64,000 bases of DNA from Phoronis australis. Taxonomy: Eukaryota > Animalia > Phoronida. Below, piece by piece: positions 11,059 through 22,992 of the stretch; positions within the stretch are counted from its first letter, which is position 1, and the number at the start of each line of letters is the position of its first letter. Made by a program: the position numbers and the translations under genes. The stretch is from NCBI GenBank assembly GCA_002633005.1, contig NMRA01000145.1, forward strand, positions 45,785 to 109,784, in the 5' to 3' direction. The notes under the pieces were generated by a model that was given only the letters and a program-made list of their open reading frames with translations, was not told the DNA's origin and made no database searches.

Positions 11059-14000
11059 CTGTAAAACAAACACACCATGCTTGTGCATCTTGCTCAGTAA
11101 TTGAAACTAACTGATACAATAGGGGTCACAAAATATCTTGTATAGTGTACATTTCACATGACGTACCAATGATATATACAGTGTGACCTTGGAATTAAAT
11201 GACTAAAATCAATATTAGGGACGTAAAGGCACAATTTTTTCTATTACCTGCATAACAAACATTTATTCTATGACAATTAAAAATGTTATTTTGGTCTCAT
11301 TTTGATATCAGATTTTAAGTTATCTTAGATAACAATGTACAGAACAGGCACCTAGTTGGTCGAATGAAATTCTGAAATGAAGTCAATTTCAGAACATTTA
11401 TTTGGAGGATAGATTATGAAGCAGCTCCATCTCACAGATTCCCATCAATCATTGAAATCATAAAACCGGTAACTGAAGCAAGTTACTATACAGAATAAAT
11501 AGATTACCTGGAATACCAACGGCAAAGAGAGAACTTGTGGGAGACAATTCGAGTGACGAGGCCCAGTGCGTCAATGCAACTGTACGAATGACCTGTAAAA
11601 ACATTTGGAAAGATGACGGCTTCATTCACTACCATTCTCTAACACACACAGATATTCAAATAAAGTGTCGTTCATCATGAACCAGTGTGACAGCTGGTAG
11701 GGGGACCATTTTTGACACGGTCAGACCAAACAACTGTTGTCGTCCCTGAAATGCATCAATGAAACAAATGTGGCACAAAATATTTAATCCAAAGAGCTGT
11801 AGGCGATACAGTAGAGCACACGGCTTGTGATGCATCTGGGTCAGAAAGACTGTTGCAGACCTGATTCACAACACCATGTGTGAATCCAGAGAAAGACCTA
11901 TGTGTCCAGACCTTTGCCACAAGTGTATTGTTGCAGTGGAGGGATGTAAAGTGACCCCAAGCCTGTCCATTGTCAGACCCCTTCTAATCATGATACAAGA
12001 CTTGTACCTGGACACCATGTTGTGAACATCCCCTTTAAATAATCCAGCTAGACCAGGGCCAGTTTTATCCACATTTGTTCAGGCACAGCTTCTGTTATGA
12101 GTTAGTGATGCAGCTTGGCCATGTTGGAAACTACTTTCCAATGAACAGCTCATGATGTGGTTTTTGTGTAGGAAAATGGAAAAATAGAGCCTGGATGCTT
12201 TCAAGCCTTCAATTTACATACAATCTGATAAAAAACAGTAATTACCCTCACTGTATGACCTTGCGAATAGTCACTCTATTGATAACTATCACCCTATTGT
12301 GAATGGAATGTGGATAGAAGGGTCCAGTTGATCACGTGACATTGGAGAAATTCAAGATTTCTCCAAATCGATCCTTATTTCGTTTAAAGGGGATGTTTAC
12401 AGCATGACAGTGTTCAGAAAACTGCACTAAGTCTCCCAACAATAATACACAATACTGAACACAGTATTGAACTCAGTAATTACAAATAAAGCTTTCACAA
12501 TAACAGCAATCTCCTCAACCATTGCCCAATCTGAACCCTTGGGTTCATGTGCCTAATATATAATAAGGTGCACCTACATCTGGCACTAGACATATGTACC
12601 CATGTGCAAAACATGCAAAAATCAAAGAGCAGAAACTGTTTTTAATTTAACATGTGAGTGAAAATAGACTTATCCATTTCAAAACAGTAGACAATGAAGT
12701 ATATTATTTATCAATTAATCAAACATTAACTATTTATAAGTAAATGGAAAGCACAAAGACTGCACAATAGACACACAACAAACTCCCGATTTACGACTTA
12801 ATGCATACACAAAGGATAGCCACCTGCGCCTGCAGGTGAAGCATACTAAGCACATGCATATATATGCACAATAAATGAGCAAAATGTTTTTTGAAACCCC
12901 ACAAAAGTTGAATATAAGCGCATGGGCCTAAATATGCCTAGACAGATAAACACAAGGTCCCTTACCTTTCGTTGCGACATGCTGTAGAACAAAACTTGTT
13001 TTTGCATGCCATAGCCAATGTAGACGATGATGTCTGGCTCTTCATTTGAGAAACGAGCAATGCTTGGTGGGAGGTCACTAGATGAGGACTGCAAAATACA
13101 CAGCACAGGAAGTAGACAGTGGATAGCAGTGCCCCAGTGGTCTTAATATTTTGTTAAACTTGTTTGATTGTTCAAATTGGAAATAGTAGTTCACTTAGTA
13201 ATGGCCAAACATAGCAGTTCACTTAGTAATGGCCAAACATATTAATTGCAGTGAAAAGTTCATCAAGATTAAAAGTTGTCCGAAATTTTAAACAGTTGCA
13301 GTGTAGGATCTAAAAAACTAAAAGAATCAATCACAAACCCCACACCAGCAGATTGACTGGAACTGGCAATAAATGACACACTTTTGTATTATCCACTGAA
13401 TTTAGCTACCAACATAAGGTCAACGGCCAGTGAAAGATTTTCATATTACTTAAAGATAGATTTAGCACTACAGCACCAGGTCAAAAATGGCCAACTTCAA
13501 AAAGTGAGACAAAATAAGAAGGGAGAAATGTAAAGCCAAAAATAACACCAATGACCACCACTCAACCAGAGTATAATCAAACAATAACTGCAATTAATTA
13601 TTCCATTCGAACAGCAGCAAACCTACCTCCCCTTTGGTCACCAATTTTCCGTCTGGTCTGAACGCAGGTGCAGGGAACGACAGCCAGTCCACAAGCTCAC
13701 ACCTGTCCTTAGACCAGACGCTGGACCATATACTTACACGTCGATCAGCACTACCACAGAGCCAGACCAACGGAGAGGTCACGCCGGGATCAACAGGCTG
13801 TAAAAGGTCATGGTATGTTAGTTACAGTGCAATAGCTGTTGACAAATAAGTATAGTTACATTAAAGCAAATTGATAATGAAATGCAGATAAATTTGCACA
13901 TTCATTGAAAACATGAGCTCGGCTTATAAACCCACTAAATCTAGAACAATTTGAGATTCCTCCCTACTTATCTCATACTGCAGCTTTTGCATCCATTCAT

Positions 14001-17000
14001 TGGTCATTCAACAAGATACACCGCACTCTCGGTACAAAACATCACCTGATGATTGAGTAATATGCTACTATCAGAAATTTCTGAGAGAGTCTCACCAACA
14101 TAAAGCCCCCATGGGACTCTTTCGGAAACAAGGACCAATAAAGTCTACATAAAGGGCTCTTTTGGGATCGTTTTGCACTCCTGGCATGGCGCAAAGCTGT
14201 GCAAAATGTCACCATTTTTTTCAATTTTAGTTCATAAACAAGATTGTTGAAATATTTCAACTTCATCAATGACTTTTTCATTGCCAGATTACTTTTATAA
14301 TAGCCAAGCACAACAATGCGTCTGATGCTTCCATCAGTCACTTGTTAATTTTCTAATCCCACAGTGCATCCAATTGCTTCCTCTTTCAGCACTTTGACAG
14401 CAACGACTGAATGAAGGAGCAGTGTAAGCATTACAAGTTTTCAAAAGAGCCCTACCACTTTCTGTAAAACAGCCCCACCACTTTTTCTGAAATCCGTGGT
14501 AGTACTCACCTGAGGCCTAGTGGAGTCCAGACAGGTGATGGCAGCACCCTTGTGGTCAGTGATAACTCTCACCGTCATACCTGTGGTGGGACTACTGATG
14601 GCCACTCGACCGTCCAAGGCACCAGACAGGATCATGTGACCTGCACACAGAGACTGTTGTGTAAAGACTGAAACTATGAGACGATTGAAATTGGTCACTA
14701 GCTACATACACTGGTAACTAAGGTACAAACTGTGATGAAAACGCCTAGCGTCTTATTTATGGAAAACCTTCTGAGATACTGACTACGGAGACAAAAATGT
14801 GTTTGGCACATATTTTAACAAACAGTAATACAGTATATCTCAAAACACAGACATAATATAGATACAGCATTTTCAAGTTGGATCTTTCTTTAAGAAAGTT
14901 TGCCAAACTGATCATTTTTGAATTTTTAAAGGGTGACTGCAATATTATAAATAATACAAAATTTTTTAAATCGTTTATTGCGAGCCACATAGATGAAGAA
15001 TTACTAAGCTTCATGATGTTCACCAGACAAGTATAAAGTCAAGTGAAATCAGTCCAATGACTGGTGCTCGAGCGTGAAAGAATCTTCCACATTTTTCAAC
15101 AGCTAGTTCCCCCATTAACCTATCAGTACGGTCATTTCAGTCGAGTTATGCAATGAAATCAGCACACTAAGAACAGGCCTGGTAAAATCAGTTCTGTGGT
15201 AATGACCAGGAGGGCAGAAATGGATTTGACAAGACACCTTGTATATAACTGTATTTATCAAGTATAACCCATTTCCCATTACCATCTCTGGAGAAGGTGA
15301 GAGCTGTGACAGCCACAGAATGCGGGTGCATCTTCAAGGTCATTTCTGCCTTGTCGAGGTTGAACATGCGCACGCTGCCGTCACTGTAGCCGGCCACCAC
15401 ATGGGGGAGCTGTGTGCGCGGTGACTGATTGGAAATGATAGAGGTCTCTAAGGGAATGGGTCTTTTGGCTACGATAGGCTCAATGGCCAGACAATTACAG
15501 CTCTGAAATAGAAATTGATTCTGATGACAGAGTAATGCAAAGACGGTAAAACAACACGAGAAATTTGTACTTAGTGTGTACTCATTTTCCCTAAAAACAT
15601 ATTAAAATATGTTTTTATGTTTTATGTTTTACACACTAAGTACAAACTCTTTAGTCATATCCCAGGGGTATGATTCATCACACTAACTCAAAGAAGTTAA
15701 CCATGAATAGTCGGAAACAGACAAGAAGGAAGTTGTGAGCAGAAAGGTGCTCAAGGATACAATTTGTAAGTTTGCTATTGTGCAACCGCATTTGAAGTGG
15801 TCACTTCTGCGTAGGTGTTAACTTTTATTTACACACAGAATTGTGAACGAAAATGGTTCAACGCAACATGTTGTTAACAATAAAATCTCCCCAAAATAGA
15901 ACGTAACATGGCAAGCAAGTGAAATTTTATTTTTGACCTTTTTAAACACTTAAACATGCACAAAATAAAACTTAAGCTATAATTATTTTTGTTTTAAATT
16001 CTTTACCATGACTACCATTCAGGAAATTTTTGGGAAACTGTGGGCAATTACAACTGTTACGGACAATACGTTTTAGAAGATCACTAAACCCTGATACACC
16101 ATTCCTGTCTTTGATACCACTCGACACAAAGCCAAAATGCTTTGAACAAAATCATTGAACACAGTGACTAAGAATTGTTTTCGATAGAGGTGGTTTTTGG
16201 GCTTGACAGACCTGGCACATCATGGAGTGCACTAAGTAACTTTGCCTGTTCTGCAAGATCAAGCGGCTAAGACATCTCATTAGTCTGCAAGGTGGAGGTC
16301 GTCACTAAGAACCAATCAGATGTGTGAGCTGGTTGACCTGGCGAGGTCAATCAAGAGTACCCATTGATGTTGATAATATTAATTCAATTTCATGTGTCAT
16401 TACTTTATTTGGCAAATAAAATATGGCTGTCAGTCGAATGGATATTAGCTGGTTACACGACCGAACACCAGGGGATTTAAGTTCCGCCATTTTGTTGTTC
16501 ACTCACCCTGAGGACCAGTTGGAACTGTATTGTGATCTCTCTATCCTGTAGTGACCACACCCTCACACTGCCGTCACTTGTCCCTGTTACGTAGTAACTA
16601 TTGTTGACAAACTCAGCACACTTCACCTGTAAACCAGCAATAAATTAACACAACAAAATAGAACATCCATGACTAAACGAAAACGCCCTCAACTTGGCGA
16701 AGTTGTGAATTTGACTAATAAAAACAGGTATAAAATTGCGTGCAAATCCTGTTATCTTAACATTCGCCTAATGAGTAAGGTAGAACTTCAAAGCGCAGAG
16801 CATACTTATCCTGCCAACTGACCTGCCGACTGTGACCTGACACCAGCCGTATACTAGTCCTATCTGTCCAGTTGATGTACCACAGGTTGTTGCGGCTTGT
16901 GCCAACCACCCCCTGAAAGAGAAATATTATTAATTGGTAAGGATATTTTTTAAAACACGATTCATGTGAAAATCAAATAACGACCTTCAACGGGAACACA

Positions 17001-18749
17001 CTTCCCACATAGTGCATTCACTGTTCGTAGATTATGTAGTCCGAGGAAACCATGATTGTGATGGTTCATGTAATGGGTTAGACTAATTGTCACGATTCTT
17101 TTATGCAGCACTGCTGTGCCAAATCACACATAACACCATGGACTGGATGGAGCTGACTGGAGTAGACAGACTACTTCAGCAGGAAGATTCACCACTGTCC
17201 GAAAATATCGCCAATTTCGGACAAAAATAACTGCCAAAATTGTTCTTTTCTCATTTTTCAGGGACTTCTAACATTATTGTGAATGCCCAGAAAAACTCTG
17301 CGTAATGGCAACCGTGGTAAAAAACATTGAAATTTAAGTTCTAAATACTATCCACAAAAACTAGGACAAAAAATTCACTAACATCCGCCACATTGTGCCC
17401 TAAATTGGCGACATTTTACCGTAAAATAATTCGGCTTTTTCCTATTTGAAGCTTGTGGTTTTGGTTTCACCTAGTTAACACTGAGTGGGACTTTAAGGGT
17501 GTCAAAATACAGTTTTTGTAATCTTTCCTGAAACCACAAATATCATAATTATTGAGTGAACTAAGCATGAATTACGCGCCAAGTTTAAGACAAAATCACT
17601 AAAAACAGGTACGAACATAGTTCTTCACCTGTTTAGCACACAATATGACGAAAAAACGAAATTCGTCAAATTTTTCTACAAAATATGTATTACAAAATAG
17701 TCTGCTGTTTGCTAGGCTTGAACAATGTAGATTCCACACAACAACAGTTTGCAAACTTTCCATTATTGCCCAGACCTTGAACGATGGTTAGGTTCATTTA
17801 AATCAAGAGGGTGTACTCAAGATCAAGTGTCAATTGACCTCTCTTGAAACCCCACGGGCAACTAAAATTGAAGTCTATTTTTAAGTTTTCATCATGACGA
17901 TAGAAGTTTGTTCTGAATAGTATGTTTAAAGCAATATAATCAGCCTTTAAAAAATGGCCAGCACCTTAGTGCAAAACAAGGGAAGAATTCGTTCCAGCTC
18001 ATCTATTTACGGATCCACAAGGGGCAACCAAACAGTCAGGACCATAAAGTTAACCCTTTGTTAATCAGCGTTTAGTTACACAGTCCAACTGGGGCAGTTG
18101 TATGACTCAGCAGGGTTCACAAACAACTGGGTAGAGTTCAGTAACTGTAGAACCTCGCTAAAAAGCATGTATTTTAAATGAGAACACATGATTTTGGCTA
18201 GATTTTAGGTAGGTCCTAGCATTACTGAACTCTACCACACTTTCACTGACCTTACATGCCACTTTTTAAAGGCCTATTGTGTGTGTGTGTGTGTGTGTTC
18301 GACACCCATGATTCTTCACAAGGTACCCCAAAATTCTAAGCCAATATGCAAACTTAAGTTACACCTTTCAAGCCCAAAATGTTACCATATAGTATCCTTG
18401 TAAACCACTCTACCATGTGCCAACAATCCAACCTACCATGTCCATAGTCTCGTCAAACTGTATCGCAGTCACCGATTCATCCACCGTCATCTCATCGTCC
18501 ATCACGAGCCCTCCCTGACGCAGACTGGTGTTGTCCCCTGGCAGCCTCATCTCACTCACACCCACTACTGACCACAGACGGAGGATGCGGCCCGCGCTGG
18601 CAGTTAGTAGCCTGCCACTACGGACACAGAGAAAACCTGCAAGGGAGGTAACAATGATCGCTGAATGCCCATGGGCAAGATTTGGCTACTGGACCATTAC
18701 AACCAAGTGACACCATTACTACATATCATAATCCATTTTCATCGTTACT

Positions 18750-18791
<42 letters not shown>

Positions 18792-21700
18792 TATCAAGAT
18801 ATCAAGATGTCTAGTTCAACCTAAAAATGTGGTCGAAATTGTAGTTTAGGACACCAAATTTTACATCCAAGTTCGCATAGTTTGGAGGGTGCAGTAACCA
18901 CAAACCACTCTCAGCACACTTGAAACAAATTATCATCTTTGCAATCTGAACTACATACTGATCTCTGTTGAGTCAGCCTCCCAGTGCATGAAGCACGTGT
19001 TCTGTTTGGTGTCCCAGGCAGACACGCGACCATGACTCGTGCCTATGTAGACTGTACTGTCCTTGGCGTACTCGACAGAAGTGAACTCGATTGGAGACTG
19101 ATGCTGCAGAGAGCCAGATAAGGGAAATATTATATTGAATGATAAAGAATGCCGTCATGTTCCCCAGGGGAACCGTGCATTTCACTTGTTCCTGTTGAAA
19201 AATGCATGTCCAGTGGATAATGCGATCGTCGTTGAAATAATGCACAGGTGTATTGGGAGGAAACTGAAATCACTCAAGATTTCTGTGGTAACACATGGTA
19301 TATTAGCTTACGGTACTAAATTGCTACAAAACTGAACCAAACGTCAAATTTGTTGTTCGCGCTTATGTTAACGGCTGGACATTGGTGGATATATCATGAC
19401 TATCCAGTTCCAACATTTGAACGTTCGTTTGAATCTTAGACTTTCCCCATCATCAAATAACAATTTTACCAAATAAAATATCTCCTCAGTGTGTTGCGAA
19501 CATTTTGCAGACAGTTGACAAGCACTTTTAGAAAATGAGAAGTTTTGCACAGAAGCTAGGGCAGTGCCAGTTGATCCACACTACAAACTACATGCGTGTT
19601 CCATTGCCAACTTTCGGATTCTCGTGTACCTTGTTTAGACGATCACATTAATTCACGCGTGCATCTTAGTAGGAACAAAGTGAAATGTACATACACGACA
19701 GCGTTCCATAGAATGAGGCCTAGGTACAGACACTAGCTACTCGAGATAATTACAGCTAAATACAAAAAGTTGATTAAGGAAATGAAATTATTAGGTCTAA
19801 CCGAAATCATTAACTTAAAACTGGGATTAATTAATTCAGTCTGTCGAAGCAATCAAGGAACACCATGCATTACACCGTTTTATCATGTGCATTTAGCAAC
19901 GTTACTTTGCCATAATAAAATTCCACTACAAAACATGAACCAAAATTATAATTTCCAAAGATGATGCTGCACATAGCTTTAATGTGTAACTTGAAATAAC
20001 TATCTATAAATTTTTCACTAAGTTCAAATGACTATTTTGCTCAATAATAAAACTGAAAACGCTAAATGAGATTGATATAGAAAAAAGATTCATTATCTTA
20101 TTTTATAAAATTTACATGCAAATTCAAACTTCGACTCTGGAGATTCTTGTAACGAAAATTCTAAAATTCTATCGCGTTCACTCAGAACTTGAATCTAAAA
20201 ACATTTCAAACTTTGAATTTATCTGAATGACGTAATAGTTAGTTTACTGACCATACCTCAACACAATACATTCTTCACCACATGAAATTATACAATGTGG
20301 AATTAAGTGACATTCTGTTAAGGCCCTGTCAAACGAAATACGATCTCAGAACACCCGATCCTGTCATAAATTGGTAAAATGGGCTGCATACAGGCGGAAA
20401 TGGTTAATTTTGACTCAAAATATGCAACACGCTTCATTGTGTTTTTACTTAGATTACACAACAACGATTGAATTTGAATTTTTCCCGTTTTCTAGATCTT
20501 GCCGAGAACTACTTCTGTCAGTGAAACAGAGCCCAAACAGAAGTGTGACAGATTTCCACATTTTCAATAACTCACAGCCGCTCGCTGAGTAATGAGATCA
20601 GCCGGTACACTGGCTTCGTGCACCCTCAATTCGGCATTGATACCCGTTTCATCAAGCAACCAGAACTTGACCGTGGCGCCCCCGCCAACAGTGGTGAACT
20701 CATTCATTGTGAATGGATCCCATTTGACCTCGTGTATGGGCTGTGCAGATCGAGATGAGGTCAAAACGGTGCATGTGTCTGTGTTCCACACAACGACAAG
20801 ACGGTCACGGTAGTCTCCTGTGGATAAAGAATATCAAAATACTGTAATAGAGGATGCAGTGTGGCACAGAAGTGGAATGACATTTTGCCAAGTTTCTTAG
20901 CAATAATGAAAATTATTTTCTTCCTAGTGCAATACAACAGTCATCAAACATTTAAGTTTGGAAACCCTTGCGCATTGGAAATAAGCAATGAAATAAGCCT
21001 TCAGTAAATGGAAAAGTTACCCTACCATTACCCTGGACTGTTAATACCAAGAAATTTCCAACATTACAATCTGATCTAGAATCGCCCTCCATTAAACTTG
21101 TCAGACAAGCCTATTGTGTTGGTACACAATGCTGTGGTACCGTAGTATTAGGGGGTGAAAGCTCACAGTCACACAAAGGAATTAGCAGTTGACAGGTAAG
21201 TCTAATTTATACGAGTCATTTGTTTATCTCCATTCAAATTTTTTTGGTGACCAATAGTATTTCACAAAAACACATCTTCGACACATGTCTTGAATGTCAT
21301 TTAGAAATAGTACTTTTTTAATATCGGTTAGGCACTCTGTTCACAACACAATTGCCAGATTTCGTGAACGCAGTCCATGAGAGAGGTGGACTATGTAATC
21401 ATTGGTTTGCCAACTTTTCCCCTTTGCTATCATCACTGTCAAACTGATAACGACATGGCTGTATCCCGAGTTCCCGATCAGCAAAATCGGGAAACTTACC
21501 CTACAGCGCAGTAGCGTAACGAAATAGCTATTAGATCAATTATTTTGTACCAAACTGAAGAACTTTTCACCGTGGAGAAGACACCTTCCTAGGACCAAGA
21601 ATATGAACAACTGTTTAAGTGTAGCGTTGACCAATTAATCAATCAATCAATTCATTATATGTCGTTAAAAAGATTTAATGTGAGCCATGGGCTCGTTTCA

Positions 21701-22992
21701 CCGACAATAAAATGAAACTGCGGGAATAACTGATTAAAAACATCTAAGTAAGAAAAAACTAAAAAACATTGAATATGGGGTCCAATCACTCGGCAGCGAC
21801 TTGAAGGCATATGGATCAGCACCTACTAATGTCTGCTGGGAGATTGTTCCATTAAACACGGCCTATTTATAGTGAACTGACTGTACTCCAGTTCTGCTTT
21901 CATGACCTTCAGCACATTGAGCGTATGCTCAGCATGTAAATTACAGCCAGCGTCTTTGAAGACAAAATACAACACCCTGTTATGATATGGCACACAGTGA
22001 ATGTTTTTAAAGATCTCAAACACACGTTTACAAAGACTATCAACTTCAAGTTTCGGAAGATTTGCACTACTCAACAGGCTCATTATAAATCAGTTTCAGT
22101 GCTCTATAACTGAGCCTTTTAAGTTTTTTAGTACGAGTCTCACTCACAAAACACCACACTATTGGACAACACTAACAAGTTGACAACACATGCCTTTCAA
22201 ATAGCTAAATAACCATCCAAGTCAATCTAATCAGCTAGCCTGCTTAGAACAGACAGTTGTCCGGATGCATTCCTGTATAATACCTCAATAGAAAGTTTTG
22301 ACACAATTTTCAGACTCAATATTTTGCCCACCCACAGGTATCATGCTTTGCCACCTTCAGTTCCTGCTTCAGTGTCCAGCATGCAAAACATAGAGTGCCA
22401 TCCAAATAAGGACAGTAAAAATTCTCTAGTTTGGGACAGTCTCAAAAATTAAGGACACCGGAATCCTGAGCTGAAACTGAATTTTCCTGATTCTGAAAGT
22501 TGGGACACGGATGATTTTTGCATTTATCGTATCCTTCAAATTGGGAAAATGTGCTTGTTTCTGCATAACAGGATTTGAAAATGAATTTATTAGTGCATAA
22601 GAAGTAACACTAGTCATTTACACGTAAAAACTGCTGTCAGTGATCATGATTTTGGGATGCCCAATATTGCAAATTTCTCAAATTTGGTACAAGATACGAC
22701 CTTGAGCGAAATAATTATTTTCCACAGTACCAAACTGGAGAATGTTTACCGTTATTTCGCTGACACCAGGATAAGAACACATAGTTACAGTCACAAAACA
22801 AAAACATTTTCTTGTATGCAAAACTGGGCCCTTACCCACTGAGACCAGGAACCTGTCATCCCTGGAGTAGGCTAGACAGACAATGTCGTGTTCATGATGG
22901 GTCAGAACTTTCTTGCATGACATCGACTGTAGATCCCATAGACAGATCTGGCTCTCTGTGAGCCCAGTTGCACCACTGGCTGAGGCAAGAAC
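10904..22992 (-). CDS. WDR90: WDR90/POC16-like WD40 protein, C-terminal about 612 aa; exons 22836-22992, 20576-20817, 18959-19103, 18437-18636, 16823-16912, 16507-16626, 15283-15502, 14510-14640, 13627-13797, 12966-13088, 11508-11592, 10904-11058; 5' part not found in window
   Basis: VLASASG...ICLWD, AYSRDDRFLVSVGD, LWYINW..RTSIRLVSGH, VAGYSDGSVR, DHKGA.I, CELVDWLSFPAP and QDFVGH match the recalled WDR90 C-terminal propellers. All introns are GT-AG and phases close (1839 nt to stop). Confidence 0.9.
11508..11592 (-). CDS. WDR90: WDR90 exon
   Basis: VIRTVALTHWASSLELSPTSSLFAVGIP. Confidence 0.85.
11690..12130 (-). mobile_element. Possible highly degenerate Gypsy integrase remnant
   Basis: PGL...DVHNMVSRYKSC and VVWSD...NGPP fragments with frameshifts. 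Confidence 0.35.
12966..13088 (-). CDS. WDR90: WDR90 exon
   Basis: LPPSIARFSNEEPDIIVYIGYGMQKQVLFYS. Confidence 0.87.
13183..13238. repeat. 28-bp tandem duplication
   Basis: atag(t/c)agttcacttagtaatggccaaac x2. Confidence 0.85.
13627..13797 (-). CDS. WDR90: WDR90 exon
   Basis: WLCGSADRRVSIWSSVWSKDRCELVDWLSFPAP. Confidence 0.88.
14510..14640 (-). CDS. WDR90: WDR90 exon
   Basis: GHMILSGALDGRVAISSPTTGMTVRVITDHKGAAIT. Confidence 0.87.
15283..15502 (-). CDS. WDR90: WDR90 exon
   Basis: SCNCLA...VVAGYSDGSVRMFNLDKAEMTLKMHPH...TFSRD. Confidence 0.87.
16507..16626 (-). CDS. WDR90: WDR90 exon
   Basis: VKCAEF...TGTSDGSVRVWSLQDREITIQFQ. Confidence 0.85.
16823..16912 (-). CDS. WDR90: WDR90 exon
   Basis: GVVGTSRNNLWYINWTDRTSIRLVSGHSRQ. 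Confidence 0.87.
18278..18298. repeat. (TG)n microsatellite
   Basis: Direct. Confidence 0.9.
18437..18636 (-). CDS. WDR90: WDR90 exon
   Basis: RLLTASAGRILRLWSVVGVSEMRL...FDETMDM. Confidence 0.85.
18750..18789. repeat. (GAC)n microsatellite
   Basis: Direct. Confidence 0.95.
18959..19103 (-). CDS. WDR90: WDR90 exon
   Basis: HQSPIEFTSVEY...GRVSAWDTKQNTCFMHWEADSTEI. Confidence 0.85.
20576..20817 (-). CDS. WDR90: WDR90 exon
   Basis: GDYRDRLVVVWNT...VKWDPFTMNEFTTVG...VKFWLL; GT-AG borders. Confidence 0.88.
21830..22090 (-). mobile_element. Degenerate LINE (CR1/L2-like) 3' remnant in a WDR90 intron
   Basis: LL..ANLPKLEV....IFKNIH..P resembles the post-RT tail of such elements. Confidence 0.45.
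22836..22992 (-). CDS. WDR90: WDR90 exon (most 5' in window)
   Basis: tttcag|VLASASGATGLTESQICLWDLQ...RFLVSV g|gtaag; begins at an acceptor, with no start codon. Confidence 0.88.

Noticed and set aside
509-22992. Functional pairing of BRAT1 with the neighbouring WD40 gene
   Set aside because: The known BRAT1 WD40 partner is WDR73; the neighbour has WDR90 motifs, so adjacency is probably incidental.
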